DNA of 64,000 nt from Mobula hypostoma (GCF_963921235.1 NC_086108.1:76138001-76202000), one strand, 5' to 3'. Positions 24,094 through 37,466 are shown, counted from the stretch's first letter. Notes: a model not told the origin generated them from the letters alone. Made by a program: numbers and translations.

Positions 24094-25006
24094 AGTTTAA
24101 ATATATTTGGCTAAGGTGTAAACTTATGACTTCAACTGTAATTCTTGCTTTTGCATTGCTCACTTGCCAATGCAATGTGAATATTTCCCGGGAAAGTTTC
24201 TCCTGGAAGTAAGAATGTTGCTACTTCAGACAAGGACCTTCACGCTCTCCAAGCCCTCACTCTGTTAGCAAGAAGTCCTGCATAGAAGGACCCTTTCCAC
24301 ATTCTTCCTGGTATTTTTTATACCTAAAGTAGTGGCCACCAAATTCCAAATCTAACAGCTCCAGGTTTTGTCTAAAACTTACTTGTAATGTTACCATTGG
24401 CGTAAGCTCAAATTCCAATATTATCCTCACTCCATACAGCAGCACATATTGTGTACCTAATTTTCCTTCTAGACCGTCATTCAGTAATTGGTCTTCTCAT
24501 TAAATTGTGTATTTCAGATGCCAGATAACCTCCCATCATCCAACCAATTTGGCAGCATTGATTTCAAATGAATGTTACATGAATGCAATAATTTGAATAA
24601 AAAAGATTGCTGTAAGAACTCAGTAAGTCAAGAAGGCAAAGGGCGTAGGTCAGAGTTTCATAGCAAGACCTTGCATAGTCCTGAATCATCAATTTGCACC
24701 TTTTGCATCCATGGGTTCTGCTTGACCTACTGAGTTCTTCCTGCATTGTTCCTGTTTTGTAGATTTCAGCATCTACCATCTCTTTCATCTTCAACACAAC
24801 TTGGATGACTGTTTTGGAAGTGTATTGTGTGGTCCTCTTTTTCTAAATACAGTGGATAACATATGCCCAAATACATATGTATATATTGTACATGAAACTT
24901 TAAAACAAATTGGCACCTTTAATACTCAACCAACAGTTACTGCAATGCTTCTTTTTTTGGCCATTCAATCCTGTGGTATGGAAGGAGGCTATTTGGCCCA
25001 TTGTTT

Positions 25007-25702
25007 CATAGAAACATAGAAAATAGGTACAGGAGTAGGCCATTCGGCCCTTCGAGCCTGCACCGCCATTTATTATGATCATGGCTGATCATCCAACTCA
25101 GAACCCCGCCCCAGCCTTCCCTCCATACCCCCTGACCCCCGTAGCCACAAGGGCCATATCTAACTCCCTCTTAAATATAGCCAATGAACTGGCCTCAACT
25201 GTTTCCTGTGGCAGAGAATTCCACAGATTCACCACTCTCTGTGTGAAGAAGTTTTTCCTAATCTCGGTCCTAAAAGGCTTCCCCTCTATCCTCAAACTGT
25301 GGCCCCTCGTTCTGGACTTCCCCAACATCGGAAACAATCTTCCTGCATCTAGCCTGTCCAATCCTTTTAGGATCTTATACGTTTCAATCAGATCCCCCCC
25401 CCAATCTTCTAAATTCCAACGAGTACAAGCCCAGTTCATCCAGTCTTTCTTCATATGAAAGTCCTGCCATCCCAGGAATCAATCTGGTGAACCTTCTTTG
25501 TACTCCCTCTATGGCAAGGATGTCTTTCCTCAGATTAGGGAACCAAAACTGCACACAATACTCCAGGTGTGGTCTCACCAAGGCCTTGTACAACTGCAGT
25601 AGTACCTCCCTGCTCCTGTACTCGAATCCTCTTGCTATAAATGCCAGCATACCATTCGCCTTTTTCACCGCCTGCTGTACCTGCATGCCCACTTTCAATG
25701 AC
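25007..25702 (-). mobile_element. 5'-truncated, young-looking CR1 LINE
   Basis: KKANGMLAFIARG, LYKALVRPHLEYCVQFW, RTRGHSL, FFTQRVVNLWNSLP and a (TTTCTATG)n tail. Confidence 0.93.
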
Positions 25703-26199
25703 TAATTTCTGTGTCTAATTTTCGGAAATGTTGTTCAATTAGCCCCACTCTCCAGCTCTTTCCCCACAACCTTGCAAATTTATTGTTTTCAAGTTTTTTT
25801 TTACATTGCTTTTGGGAATTTAAAAAAATATTCTGCTCAACCAAATTTTGGGCAATGTACATGGATGGGTTCTTTTGCAGGTACTTATTTGTGTCCATTG
25901 GCTATTGATCCTACTTGTGGAAACTTTCCCTGGAGGCATTCCATGATAACCATTCATAAGTTTTGAACATCTCCACTAAATCTTTCCATAACTTTTGCTT
26001 TAATAGGACTAAAGCTAGCATTTTTTGACCTTCAGCATAATTGATATTACTCACTCTGGTGTATTTCAGTAAGTTTGATCTGCTTCCATCATACCTTTGC
26101 TCCAATGTTGTGCCTGGTATTAGGCACAAGGTAGAGGCTTAACCAGTGACATAAAGATGTAGGTTAACTTATTTGCTTTTGCACTCATAGCCAAGATGA

Positions 26200-26545
26200 A
26201 GTCAGAATCAGGTTAATATCGCTGGCATATATTGTAAAAATTTCTTGTTATGTGGCATTGGTACATTGCAATACATAAAAACTGTAAATTACAGTTAAAT
26301 AAGTAGTGGAAAAAACAGAATAAAATAATGAGGTAGTGTTTATGGGTTCAGTGTCCATTCAGAAATTTGATTGCAGAAGGGCAGAAGCTATTCTTAAATC
26401 ATTGAGTGTGTGCTTTCAGGCTCATGTACCTTCTCCCTGATGGTAGCAATGAGAAGAGGGCATGTCCTGGATGCTGGGGAGGCTTGTGCCCGTGATGGGG
26501 CTGACTGAGTTCACAACTTTCTGCAGCCTTTTTTGATCCCGTGCA
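26200..26545 (-). mobile_element. Rex1/Babar LINE 3' fragment
   Basis: Reverse strand gives HPGHALFSLLPSGRRY-like coding and a (CTGATT)n-like tail. Confidence 0.6.
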
Positions 26546-27095
26546 GACACACATTTCTTAGAGGCCCTGTTATTATTATGTGGTTAGTAAACACTAATGA
26601 CAGTTGGTTAGATAGACAGACAACAGATTAAATTTTAGAGCCACATTGTTCTCACTGAGCCACAGTACTTGATATAGGGCCAAACTTATGACCAGTTTTG
26701 ACTGTGTATTGTAGAAAATTATTTCACCTAGTGGGTCATATTGACAATGGCACAGATCCCTATTAATCTAGGGTGGAGTCACCAGATCAGAAAATATGTT
26801 AAGATCACTGAGAATTGCCATTTATACTCCATAAAAGCACCACACAGATCTGAGAGGATACGTTTAAATATATATTCAATCCTAAAGAAAACAGTCAGTC
26901 CCATATGTTAATGACCAGGGTTCCAGGTCCATGTATGATCCATGAAATAGATTCATCTTGTTTTCTGCTCTGTCAATTGCTGGTAACATTAATTTCTGGG
27001 CTACTGAGGCACAGCCTGTAAAAAGTATTTCATACATTTTGGCACACGCTTGATTGTCAGGTTATTTATTAAATCCCTAACCTCTTTTTTTATAG

Positions 27096-27263
27096 AAACG
27101 TTCAGTGGAAGATCTGAAAGAGCGATATTATAGCATTTGTGCAAAGTTAACAAAGATCCGAGCCCCACCTGGTTCTGATCCTAAGCTTTCTGTTTTTGAT
27201 GCTGGACATGAGAGACGGAGAAAAGAGCAGCTTGAGAGATTGTACAACAGAACACCAGAGCAG
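27096..27263 (+). CDS. DMAP1: DMAP1 coding exon: KRSVEDLKERYY...LYNRTPEQ
   Basis: Polypyrimidine tract plus tag|AAA, CAG|gtaaag, 168 nt in frame. Confidence 0.97.
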
Positions 27264-27354
27264 GTAAAGATTTCTGCTCTGCATATGTATAATAAAAGGT
27301 GAAACTTTGTTTTGCAGTTGAGATGAAAAAGAAATAAAATACTTAAAATGTGTG

Positions 27355-27430
27355 GAGACACGAGAGACTGAAGATGTTGGACAAATGGACAGTGACATTT
27401 TGGGTCAAGTCCCTTCATCTGGACTGTGAA
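27355..27430 (-). mobile_element. Short Penelope-like fragment with decayed hammerhead motif
   Basis: Reverse complement reads CAGTC-CAGATGA-AGGGACTTGACCC-AAAA-TGTC-ACTG. Confidence 0.6.
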
Positions 27431-28601
27431 TCTGGTTCCTACAACAATTTTTTTTTAAGTTAAACTATGTATCAGGTCTCCTACCATGTGAACGAAAAGA
27501 TCAGTTGATTTTTCTGACATCAAATGTAAGGGTAAAGAAAAGTTCTTTATTTCCTTTATGAGAATCATATAAACCTGCTGTCATGTGTACCTAAATGATT
27601 TCTATATTAAAAAAAAATCACATTTCAGTAGCATACCAATGGTATGCTGTTTCTTATCGGAGTAACAATTGAGAGGTTGCAGTAATTTTATCATACTTCT
27701 TAGAACAAGGGATTATGGATCCAACCAGAGAAATACATATTTTTAATCTATGGGTTGAGGAGAAGGGATTAATTAGTAATCTCATAGTTTAGGACACTGC
27801 AGAAGAAAGTGATCATGGTGTAAGATTTTCACATTCAGTACAAGAAGGAGAAATCTGTGTCTGAAACTAGACTTAAAGTCGTTTATCTTGAAATGAGGTG
27901 TGAGTTGGCTAGTATAGTTTAGGAAATTAGATTAAAGGGTTCTATGGTAGAAAAGTGATAGACATTTGTGAAATGTGATTTTCTTTTCACAAATTCATGT
28001 TTATTCACCCCTGTTAATAATTTTCAAGTATTAATATTGGATTCAAATATTTTCTCTGCCTACTGATTGAGAGGTCTTTGTTTTTAATTTTCTGCTTTCC
28101 TAAGTAGTGGGATTATATTTATGATTTTTCAAAATTCCAAGTATTATAGAATCTGGAATTTTGCAATATGACCGCTTGTTCATCCAATATCCGTATCCCC
28201 ATCTCTTCAAAAACATTGGGAATGCATGTCATCATATCTTGAAGATTTATGAGTCCTATTACTTTTTCCGGTGTTTTATTTTCAGCGAATGCTTATTTCT
28301 TTAAGCACCATAGTTCATTATTTTCTAGAGGTTTTCTGTCTTCTGTTAAACCAGCACAGTCTAGATGTAGATTAAAGTCCACCAGGATTTTTGACATTGT
28401 CCCGTACATACACTTGTATATTTTTTTAATTCACTCTTGAGATTTGTGTGACTTGAACTACTGAATCAGAGGGCACCAAATATTTTCTGGCCCTTGTTGA
28501 TTCAACTACTTGGTTTCCTGAGATAGGATTCTTCTCTGCTGCTTTTCATCTATCCTATAATATCAGAATAACCTTGCCTGTTTTTATTTCCATTTTGCTT
28601 G

Positions 28602-29060
28602 TTTCTTGTAAATGAGAAGTATCTTGGAATATTAAATTTACAGCTTTGGAGGTCACTTTTTAAGCATGTGTGTCTAAGCTTGCAGATAATAAAGAGATAA
28701 GTGAGAAAATAGTCTGAGACAAACACAAAGTGGGGTAGGTAGTTTAAATGTGTGGACAAAGAGTTAATTGATGGAGTACAGAAAGGAAATTTGAAGTAAT
28801 TTGTTTTGAATTGGTTTTAAAGGAATATGGAGAAACAACTAAAATGTAGTGAAGGTTGGATCAATTATCATATTATTGAATGATGTCAGTTGTTATTGTT
28901 GTAATCGCATGGGGCTTGGAGTAGAAGTGTATGGAAGTCTTGCTATCACTATTTCTTGCAAAACAGAAGTATCTTGAAAAAATTAACTTCCAGCCTTGGA
29001 GGTCGCTTTTTAAGCAAGTGTATCTAAGTTTGCAGATAATAAAAAGATTGGTGAGAAAAT
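28602..29060 (+). repeat. Diverged direct duplication of ~109 bp (28602-28710 and 28952-29060)
   Basis: The two segments align without gaps at a 350-bp offset. Confidence 0.8.
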
Positions 29061-29079
29061 GAAGTCTGATTGCATGAAC

Positions 29080-31597
29080 CATGGGAGGTGCATTCACCAC
29101 ACCAGCATTACTAAGGATTCGTTGCCAGAGCTGAGGAAGAACAGCCAGCATCTTGGTTAGGTTAAGATGGTGGACAAATCGGCCGCTGCTCCCTAGCATA
29201 CTCCTGGCCAACGTACAGTCTCTGGACCACAAGCTGTGTGAGCTGAGAGCCCAAATCTCCTACCGATGGGAAATAGAGCACTGTAACATATTGTGCTTTA
29301 CCAAAACCTGGTTGTTGGAGGAGATACCAGACCAAGCCATTGAACCCATCGAGTTCTCTTTGTTCAGAACGGGCAGGTCTAAAGACCTCTCTGGGAAAAG
29401 TAACGGTGGAGGAGTACGTTTCATAGTGAACAAAGGTTGGTGCGACCCAGGTAGTGTGCATTCCCTCAAATCCTTTTGCTCCCCAGATCTGGAGTACCTT
29501 ATGCTGCTATGTCGACCTTTCTGGCTGCCGAGCGAATTCACATCTGTTATTATTACAGCTCCCACTACAGGCTGGTATTAACCTGGCTCTCAATGAACTA
29601 TGCAAAACCATTAATATCCATGAAACCACACATCCAGAGGCTGCTTTCATCATTGCTGGCGACTTTAACCTAGTGTCGCTGACTAGAGCTTACCCGAAGT
29701 TCTGCCAATACGTCGAAGTGAGCACATAGGGAGGAAGCAATGCTACTCTTCCTTCTGCAATGCCTACAGTGCATTTCTCCACTCTCCATTTGGAAAACCT
29801 GATCATTCCTCCATCTTGCTTCTGCCCGCCTACAGGCAGAAACTGAAACAGGAAGCAGCCATAGTGAAAACCATCCACTGCTAGTCCAACCAATCAGACC
29901 CAATGTTACAAGACTGCTTTGAAAACGTCACCTGGGAGGTATTTCGAGCTGAGATCATCTCTGAATACGTGGAGGCGGTCACAAGCTTCATTCAGAAGTG
30001 CATTGAAGTCATTGTTCCCCAAAAATCAGTCCGGCTCTACCCAAACCAGAAGCCTTGGATAAATAGTTCAGTGCGCGTTGTTCTCAGCACAAGGGATAAA
30101 GCCTTTGCCTCCGGAGGCCCAATAGGAGCTCAAGAGATGCAACTGTGATTTGCATAGAACCATCAGGTTGGCAAAATGGCAACATGGGGACAAAATCTGT
30201 TACAACTACAACAATGACACATGCAGCATATGGCAAGGACTGCACACCATCTTGGACTTCAAGAGGAAACACAGCACTACAACCAATATTGCTGCCTCAC
30301 TCTGGATGAGCCAACTTTTTTCATGCTCGATTTCAGGTTGATAAGACTGAACCCCTGAGGAGAGCCGCTGACGAAACCTGCTCCTTCGTCATCTTCAAGG
30401 CTGAGGTACGTAGAACATTCCTACGTGTCAATAGCTGCAAGGATGGCATCCCAAAACGGGACCTTAAAGTGTGTGCGAAACAGCTGGCTGGTGTGCTTAC
30501 GGACATTTTTAATCTCTCCCTTTCCCAGTGTGTAGTGCCCTCTTGTTTCAAATCATCCATCGTTGTCCCTGTACCTCAGGTAGCATGGCTGAATGATAGG
30601 CGCTCTGTTGAACTCACCTCAGTTGTAAGCGAATGCTCTCAGAGGCTGGTTAAAGACTTACACCTGCAGCATGCTACCACCCATACTGGACCCCTACAAT
30701 TTGACTACTGAAGGAGCTAGTCTACCAATGACGCCATAGCCACAGCACTACACGCTGTCCTCGCTCACCTGGAGAAAAGGGATGCATACGTTAGAATGAT
30801 GTTCCTGGACTATAGTTCGGTATGAATACCATAATTCCCTCCAGACTTGATAGGACATTGATGGGCCTTTTTTGTAGCAATGACAAGACAGCCTACAGAG
30901 GAGAGGTTAACACCCTCTCCCTCAATGTCCAAAAAACGAAAAAGCTGATCGTGGATTACAGGAGGAACGGAGACATGCTCACCCCAATCAGCATCAGTGG
31001 GACTGCAGTTGATGCTGAGTAGTTTCAAGTTCCTTGGTATACATATCACCGAAGATCTCACCTGGACTGCTGGACCGTACACACTGGCTGCGTGGCAAAA
31101 AAATGCACAACAGCGTCTCTTCCATCTCAGGTAACTGAAGAAGTTCAGCATGAGCCCCCAAATCCTTAAGACCTTCTACAGGGTCACCATTGAGAGCATT
31201 CTGACTAGCTGTATCACTTCCTGGTACGGGAACTCCACCAACCTTGATCCTTGATCGCTGGACACCGCAGGGAGTGATATGGACAGCCCGGCGCATCTAT
31301 GGATGTGAACTTCCCTCCATTCAGGACATTTACAGCAACAGGTGTGTAAAGAAGGCCTGGAAGGTCATCAGGGATACCAGTCATCCCAACCATAAAGTGT
31401 TTCAGCTGTTTCCATCTGGCAAATGGTACCGCAGCATTAAAGCCAGGACCAACAGGCTATGGGACAGCTTCTTTCTACAAGCCATTAGACGTATAAATTC
31501 AAATGTTTGTACATTGTGATAGTGACATAACGCAAAGATTTTTACTCGTCACATAGTGGGACGGATGTAAAATTTAAATAAATTCAAATTCAATTCA
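29080..31597 (+). mobile_element. Rex1/Babar LINE, degenerate, with internal RT deletion
   Basis: [74 protein letters not shown]. (AATTC)n tail. Confidence 0.88.
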
Positions 31598-32285
31598 TTT
31601 CTGGGACCATTGGTGAGATCATATTTGTAGTACTGCATACAGTTGTGATCTCCTTACTTAAATAAGGATATACTTGTGTTAAATAGAGCGCAACAAAAGT
31701 TCATGTTGTTTAGTGGTCTGAAGTGGTTGCTATGTCTTTTGAATTGTTTATCCATAGAAGTACAGTTTAAAGGTTATTAAGTTTATTCAAGGCTCAGATC
31801 ATTTGTACTACATAGGAATTAAAGGTTATGGGGATCAGGCAAGAATAAAGCAGAGTTAGGTAAGAGATTAGGTTAATCATGATGTTGAAAGGAAGGCTTA
31901 ACGAGCTAGATGGTCGACAATTTTTTTTTACATTTTATGTTATATGGAGACACAGTTAAAGGTAACCAAGGAAATTAAATAAATCAGGAATAAAATTCTC
32001 ATATCAATAATGGTGTTTGTAAAAATAGCAGATTGTTATGAAACATGTGGTTCCTCAGTTTTTAGGCACAGAATTTAGAATTTTGTCTGAGTGTGACTCC
32101 TGATCCACAACAATGTAGTTACTCACATTTAAATGGGAAATTTAAAGAGAGAAACAAATTCCCTGTTGGTCCATCTCCAAAGACTGTGTATTAGCTAAGA
32201 AATTGACTTTAGTAAAATTGTTCATCTATTCCACCAGACATCAGAAATATTTTCAATAATGTTTAATTATTTCCTTTAATTGTAG

Positions 32286-32471
32286 GTGGCTGAAGAAGAG
32301 TACTTAATACAGGAATTAAGGAAAATTGAAATGAGGAAAAAAGAGCGAGAGAAGAAAACGCAGGATTTGCAGAAACTCATCACAGCTGCAGACAATACCA
32401 CAGAAATGCGCAGGGCAGAGCGAAAGGCAGCAAAAAAGAAACTTCCACAGAAAAAGGAAACAGAAAAACCA
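32286..32471 (+). CDS. DMAP1: DMAP1 coding exon: VAEEEYLIQELRKIE...KKETEKP
   Basis: tag|GTG, CCA|gtgaga, 186 nt. Coiled-coil DMAP1 domain sequence. Confidence 0.97.
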
Positions 32472-32856
32472 GTGAGAGTCCATAAGTGCTCCATAAATTC
32501 TTTTTTTAAGAAAAAGAATAGAATTTTTAAGATAGTCATTATCTTTCTCCCAGTTGCCCAAAACAGATGTTGATCTATTTCTTCCAGTATCTATTTCATA
32601 AAAGTATTCCACTGGCTTTGGTTATAGGTAATTTATTTAATGACTAGATGGAATAGATGCACATGCATTTGTGGTTCATGTCTTTAAAATGACAGATTAA
32701 CTTTTGATATTATTATTTCATTTTGAAGCAAAAGATTACAAATCCATATCCTAGGATTTTAGGAATGAGAAACAGAGTAGCTTCCTCAGCCGAGAATTTT
32801 GCTGAATGTCCATCCTAACAGGAACAGGCGTAAACCATTTAACCTCTTGACTCTAT

Positions 32857-33043
32857 CACAAATAAGAGAAAACTTGCAGATGCTGGAAATCCAAGCAACA
32901 CACACAAGATGCTGGAGGAACTCTGCAGGCCAGGCAGCATCTATGGAAAAGAGTACAGTCGACGTTTTGGGCCAAAGTGTTGACTGTACTCCTTATGATA
33001 GATGCTGCCTGGCCTGCTGAGTTCCTCCAGCGTTTTGTGTGTT
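32857..33043. mobile_element. Penelope-like inverted pair
   Basis: Arms ~32900-32970 and ~32973-33043 meet inside the hammerhead segment (CAGTCGACGTTTTGGGCCAAAGTGTTGACTG). Confidence 0.8.
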
Positions 33044-33250
33044 AACTTGATTCTGCTTTGTCATTCAATAAAATCAAGCTGACCTATGAGAGCAGAAATG
33101 CCCCTTGTATTGAATTATATTTAAATAAAATATGGTTATACTCTGCTTTAAAGTTAACAATTTACTTAGTTTCAATTAAAGTTTGCAGAACAGTTCCAAG
33201 TTTTTACCATTCTTGAAGAGCAATATATTTTCTAAGTTTACTCTTGAAAG

Positions 33251-33515
33251 AGACTCGGCTGGTGGTGTAGTGGCATCAGTTCCAGACTTTGGAACGAAAG
33301 GTCCCGAGTTCGAATCCAGCCGGCTCCCCTGCACGCTGCTCCATCCGTGCTGGATTATGAGCTGGTGATCTCTTTGGAAACTCACCCAGCAGAAGGCAAT
33401 GGTAAATCACTGCTTGCTGTAACTTGCCTCGTACGCGGTTCCCCACTACGTCAGGTGTAGAGGGAAATCGTCCGCTAACCGGAGAAACTCTGAATGTGAT
33501 GTACCTTTCCTTCCC
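33251..33515 (+). mobile_element. tRNA-derived SINE, probably RTE-mobilised
   Basis: Box A TGGTGTAGTGG (33263-33273), box B GTTCGAATCC (33308-33317), GAAGGCAATGGTAAATCAC motif, (CCTTT)-like tail, and a perfect 14-bp TSD TTTACTCTTGAAAG (33237-33250, 33516-33529). Confidence 0.88.
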
Positions 33516-33714
33516 TTTACTCTTGAAAGGGATAGATCGCAGGTAAAAAATAGTAATTGATTATCCTGGATAATTGTGACTGGAAGTGTGAGTTAGAGGT
33601 TTGATTTCCTAACTAAGTGACTTGTCTCCTGACATCCATCTATAAGGCACAAGTGATGGAACACACCTCACCTGCCTGAATAAGTGTGGATAAGAAGCTC
33701 AGCACCAGAACAAA

Positions 33715-34250
33715 ACAGGCTGCACTTGGAGTATTGTCAACAGTTTTGGGCCCCATATTTCAGAAAGGATGTGTTGACATTGGAGAAAGTCCAGAGGATT
33801 TTAACGAGAATGATTCCTGGAATGAAAGGGTTAACATATGAGGAGCATTTGGCAGCTTTGGGCCTGCACTCATTGGAATTCTACCGATTGTTGAAAGGAC
33901 TAGATAGGGTGGATGTGGAGAGGATGTTTCTTATGGTTGGGGTATCCAGAACTAGAGAGCACAGTCTCAAAATTGAGGGTCGACCCTTTAGAACAGAGGT
34001 AATGAGGAATTTTTTTAGCCAGTGAGTAGTAAATCTGTGGAATGCTCTGCTACAAACTGCAATGGAGGCCAAGTCTGTGGATATTTAAGGCGGAAGTTGA
34101 TAGTTTCCTGATCGGTCACAGCATCAATGGATATAGCGAGAAGGTAGATGTACGGGGTTGAGTGGGATCTGGGATCAGCCATGATGGAATGTTGGTGCAA
34201 ACTCGATGGGCTGAATGGCCTAATTCTGCTCCTATGTTTTTTGGTCTTAT
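33715..34250 (+). mobile_element. CR1 LINE 3' fragment
   Basis: HLEYCQQFWAP, RMIPGMKGL, RTREHSL and a CR1 3' UTR with GAATGGCCTAATTCTGCTCCTA. Confidence 0.85.
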
Positions 34251-37200
34251 AGTCCACAAAATCCTGAAAAGGGAGGGTGAGCAACCAGAAGTCTTGGTAC
34301 ATATTGGTACCAATGACTTAAGTAGAGGATGTTCTGAAAACAGAATACATGGAGTTACAAAGAAAGCTGAGAAGCAGGACCTCAAGGGTAATAATCTCAG
34401 GATTTCAGCCTGTGCCACGTGACAGTGAGAATAGGAATATAATAAGGTGGCAGCTAAATGCATAGCTGAAGAATTGGAGCAGGGGGCAGGGATTCAGATT
34501 TCTGGATAATTGGAACCTCTTCTTGGGTAGATGTGACCTGTACAAAAGGGAAGGGTTGCACTTGAATCCGAGGGGGACCAGTATTCTTTTGGGCAGTTTT
34601 ATTTGACCTGTTGGGAGTGGTTTAAACTATTATGGCTGGAGGATGGGAACTGGTATGGTAGAGTTGAGGATGAACCAGCAGGTTTACAAGTAGATGATGG
34701 GTGTTACATGAATGTAAGGAAGGGAAGCCAATTATTGGGTACAAATGCAGACCGAGCAAAGAGTTAAATTGTACCACAGAGGCAAACTTCAAAACAGTGA
34801 AGAATACAGAACTGAAGGTGTTGTATTTAAATGCGTGTAGCATTCGGAATAAGAGGGACAAACTCATGGCGCAATTGGAGATTGGTCAGTATGACATGAA
34901 GAAGGCCATAGTTGGGAGCTTAACATCAAAAGATATACTTTGTATTGAAAGGACAGGCAGGAAGTCATTGGTGGTGGTGTGGTTCTGTTGGTAGGAGATG
35001 GAATTACATCTTTAGAAAGAGGTGCCATAGGGTTATTGAATGTCAAATCTTTATGGGTGGAGCTAAGAAACTGCCAGGGTTAAAAAAATGTAATGGGAAT
35101 CATATATAGGCCTCCAAATAGTAACCAAGATGTGGGGTTAAGATTGCAAAGGGAGCTGGCAAAAGCATGTAATAAAGGTAATGTTACAATTGTAATGGGG
35201 GACTTCAATATGCAAGGGGATTGGGAAAATTAGGTTGGTGTCAGATCACAAGAGAGGGAATTTGTTGAATGCTTACAAGATGGCTTTTTCGAGCAGCTTG
35301 TGCTCGAGCCTAATTGGGGAAAGGCTATCCTAGGTTGGGTGTTGTGTAACAACACAGATCTTATTAGGGAGCTTAATGTAAAGGAACCCTTCAGAATCAG
35401 TGTTCATAATATGATTGAATTCATACTTTAATTCAAGATGCAGGATAGATATGACCCACAGAAGAAGTTGTTCTCAAATGGCAGAGGTAGGTAACTGTGC
35501 CTGACAAGGGAAGTTGAGGACTGCGTAAAAGCCAAGAAAAGTGCATATAAGGTAGCAAAAGTGAGTGGGAAGTTGGATGATTGGGAAGCTTTTAAAATCC
35601 AACAAAAGGCAACCAAAACAAAAGCTATAAGAAGGGTAAAGATGAAATATGAGGCCAGAGTAGCCAATAATATAAAGCAGGAGACTAAAGGTTTTTTAAA
35701 TTATATAAAGAGTAAAATGGAGGTGATAGTTCATACTGGACCACTAAAAAATGATGCTGGTGTGGTAGTAATGAGGGACAAAGAAATGCCAGATGAACTT
35801 AATGGGTACTTTGCATCAGTCTTCACTGTGGAAGGCTGTAGCAGTTCCAGAGGTCCATGAGTGTCAGGGAGGAGGAGTGAGTGCTATTACTATTACGAAG
35901 GAAAAAGTGCTAGGCAAACTCAAAGGTCTTAAGATGGATAAGTCACCTGGACCAGATGGACTACATCCCAGTCATGAGAGAGGTTGCTGAAGAGATAGCC
36001 GATGCATTGCTCATGATCTTATAAGAATCACTTGATTTTGGCATGGTCCTGGAGGACTGGAAGATTGCAAATGTCATTCCACTCTGTAAGAAGGGAGGAA
36101 GGCAAAGGAAGGAAATTATACACTGTTAGCTTAACCTCAGTGGTTGGGAACTGTTGGAATCTATTTTTAAGGATGAGATTTTGGAGTACTTGGAGACTAA
36201 TGATAAAATAAGCTAAAGTCAGCATGATTTCTGTAAAGGGAAGTCTTGCCTGAGAAATCTGTTAAGAGTTCTTCGAGGAAGTAACAAGCAGGGTGGTCAA
36301 AGGAAAGGCAGTAGATGTCATTTACTTGGATTTTCAGGAGGCATTTGATAAGGTACCACACATGAGGCTGCTTAAGAAGATAAAATCAAGGCGTTACAGG
36401 AGAGATACTGTCATGGATTGAGGACTGGCTGACAAGCAGGAGGCAGCGATTGGGAATAAATGGGACCTTTTCTGGTTGGCTGCAAATGACTACTGGTGTT
36501 CCTCAGGGGCAGAATTGGGACCGCTACTTTTCACGTAGTTGTCAGTGGTTTGGATAATGGAATTGATTGCTTTGTGGCAGATTTTGCGGATGATACAAAG
36601 ATAGGTGGAGGAGTAGATAGTGTTGAGGAAGCTATGTGATTGCAGCAGGACTTAGACAAATTGGAAGAATGGGCAATAAAAGTGCAAGTGGAATACATTT
36701 TGGGAAAAGCAACAAATAGTGCAGAGTATTATTTAAATAGGATGAAGGTTCAAACATCAGAGGTGCAGAGGGACTTGGGAGTCCTTGTGCAAGACTCACA
36801 GAACGTTAATTTACAGGTTGAGTTTGTTGTAAAGAAGGCAAATGCAATGTTGGCACTTATTTTAAGGGGAGTAGAATTTAAAGCAAGGAGGTGATGCTGA
36901 ACCTTTATAAGAGACTAGGCCACACTTGGAGTATTGTCAACAGTTTTGGGCTCCATATTTCAAAGGATGTGTTGTCATTGGAGAGAGTCTAGAGTAGGTT
37001 CACGAGGATGATTCCGAGAATGAAGGGGTTGACATATGAGAAGCATATGGAAGCTTTGAACAGGTACTCTCTGTAATTTAGACGAACGTGGTGGGGGCGG
37101 GATCTCAATGAAACCTACCGAATGTTGAAAGGACTAAATTGGGTCGATGTGGAGAGGATGTTTTCTGTGGTGGGGGTATTCAGAACTAGAAGGGTGACCT

Positions 37201-37466
37201 TTTAGAACGGAGGTAAGGAGAAAATTTTTTAGCCAGCAAATGATGAATCCGTGGAATGCTGTGCCACAGACTGCAGTGGAGGCCAAGTCCGTGGGTATAT
37301 TTAAGGCGGAAGTTAATAGTTTCTTGATTGATCAGGCCATCAAAGATGTGGCAAAAGGCAGGTGTATGGGGTTGAGTGGGATCTGAGATCAGCCATGATG
37401 GAATGGTGGAGCATAGTCGTGGGCTGAATGGCCTAACTCTGCTCCTGTGTCTTATGGTGTTATGGA
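34251..37466 (+). mobile_element. Long degenerate CR1 LINE (ORF1 end plus ORF2)
   Basis: VHIGTND, YLNACSIRNK, GDFN, KSPGPDG, FADDTK (~36582-36600), KKANAML and a (CTTATGGT)n-like tail. Many stops and frameshifts. Confidence 0.9.

Larger units (their letters stand above)
22924..24138 (+). mobile_element. Sleeping Beauty-like Tc1 transposon (IR/DR type), internally deleted
   Basis: TA|CAGTTGAAGTCGGAAGTTTACATACAC at the left and GACTTCAACTG|TA at the right. Inner DRs at ~23120-23142 and ~23797-23823. Transposase remnants in between. Confidence 0.95.

Noticed and set aside
33255..33330. tRNA gene
   Set aside because: No convincing cloverleaf. It continues into a SINE body and tail bounded by a 14-bp TSD.
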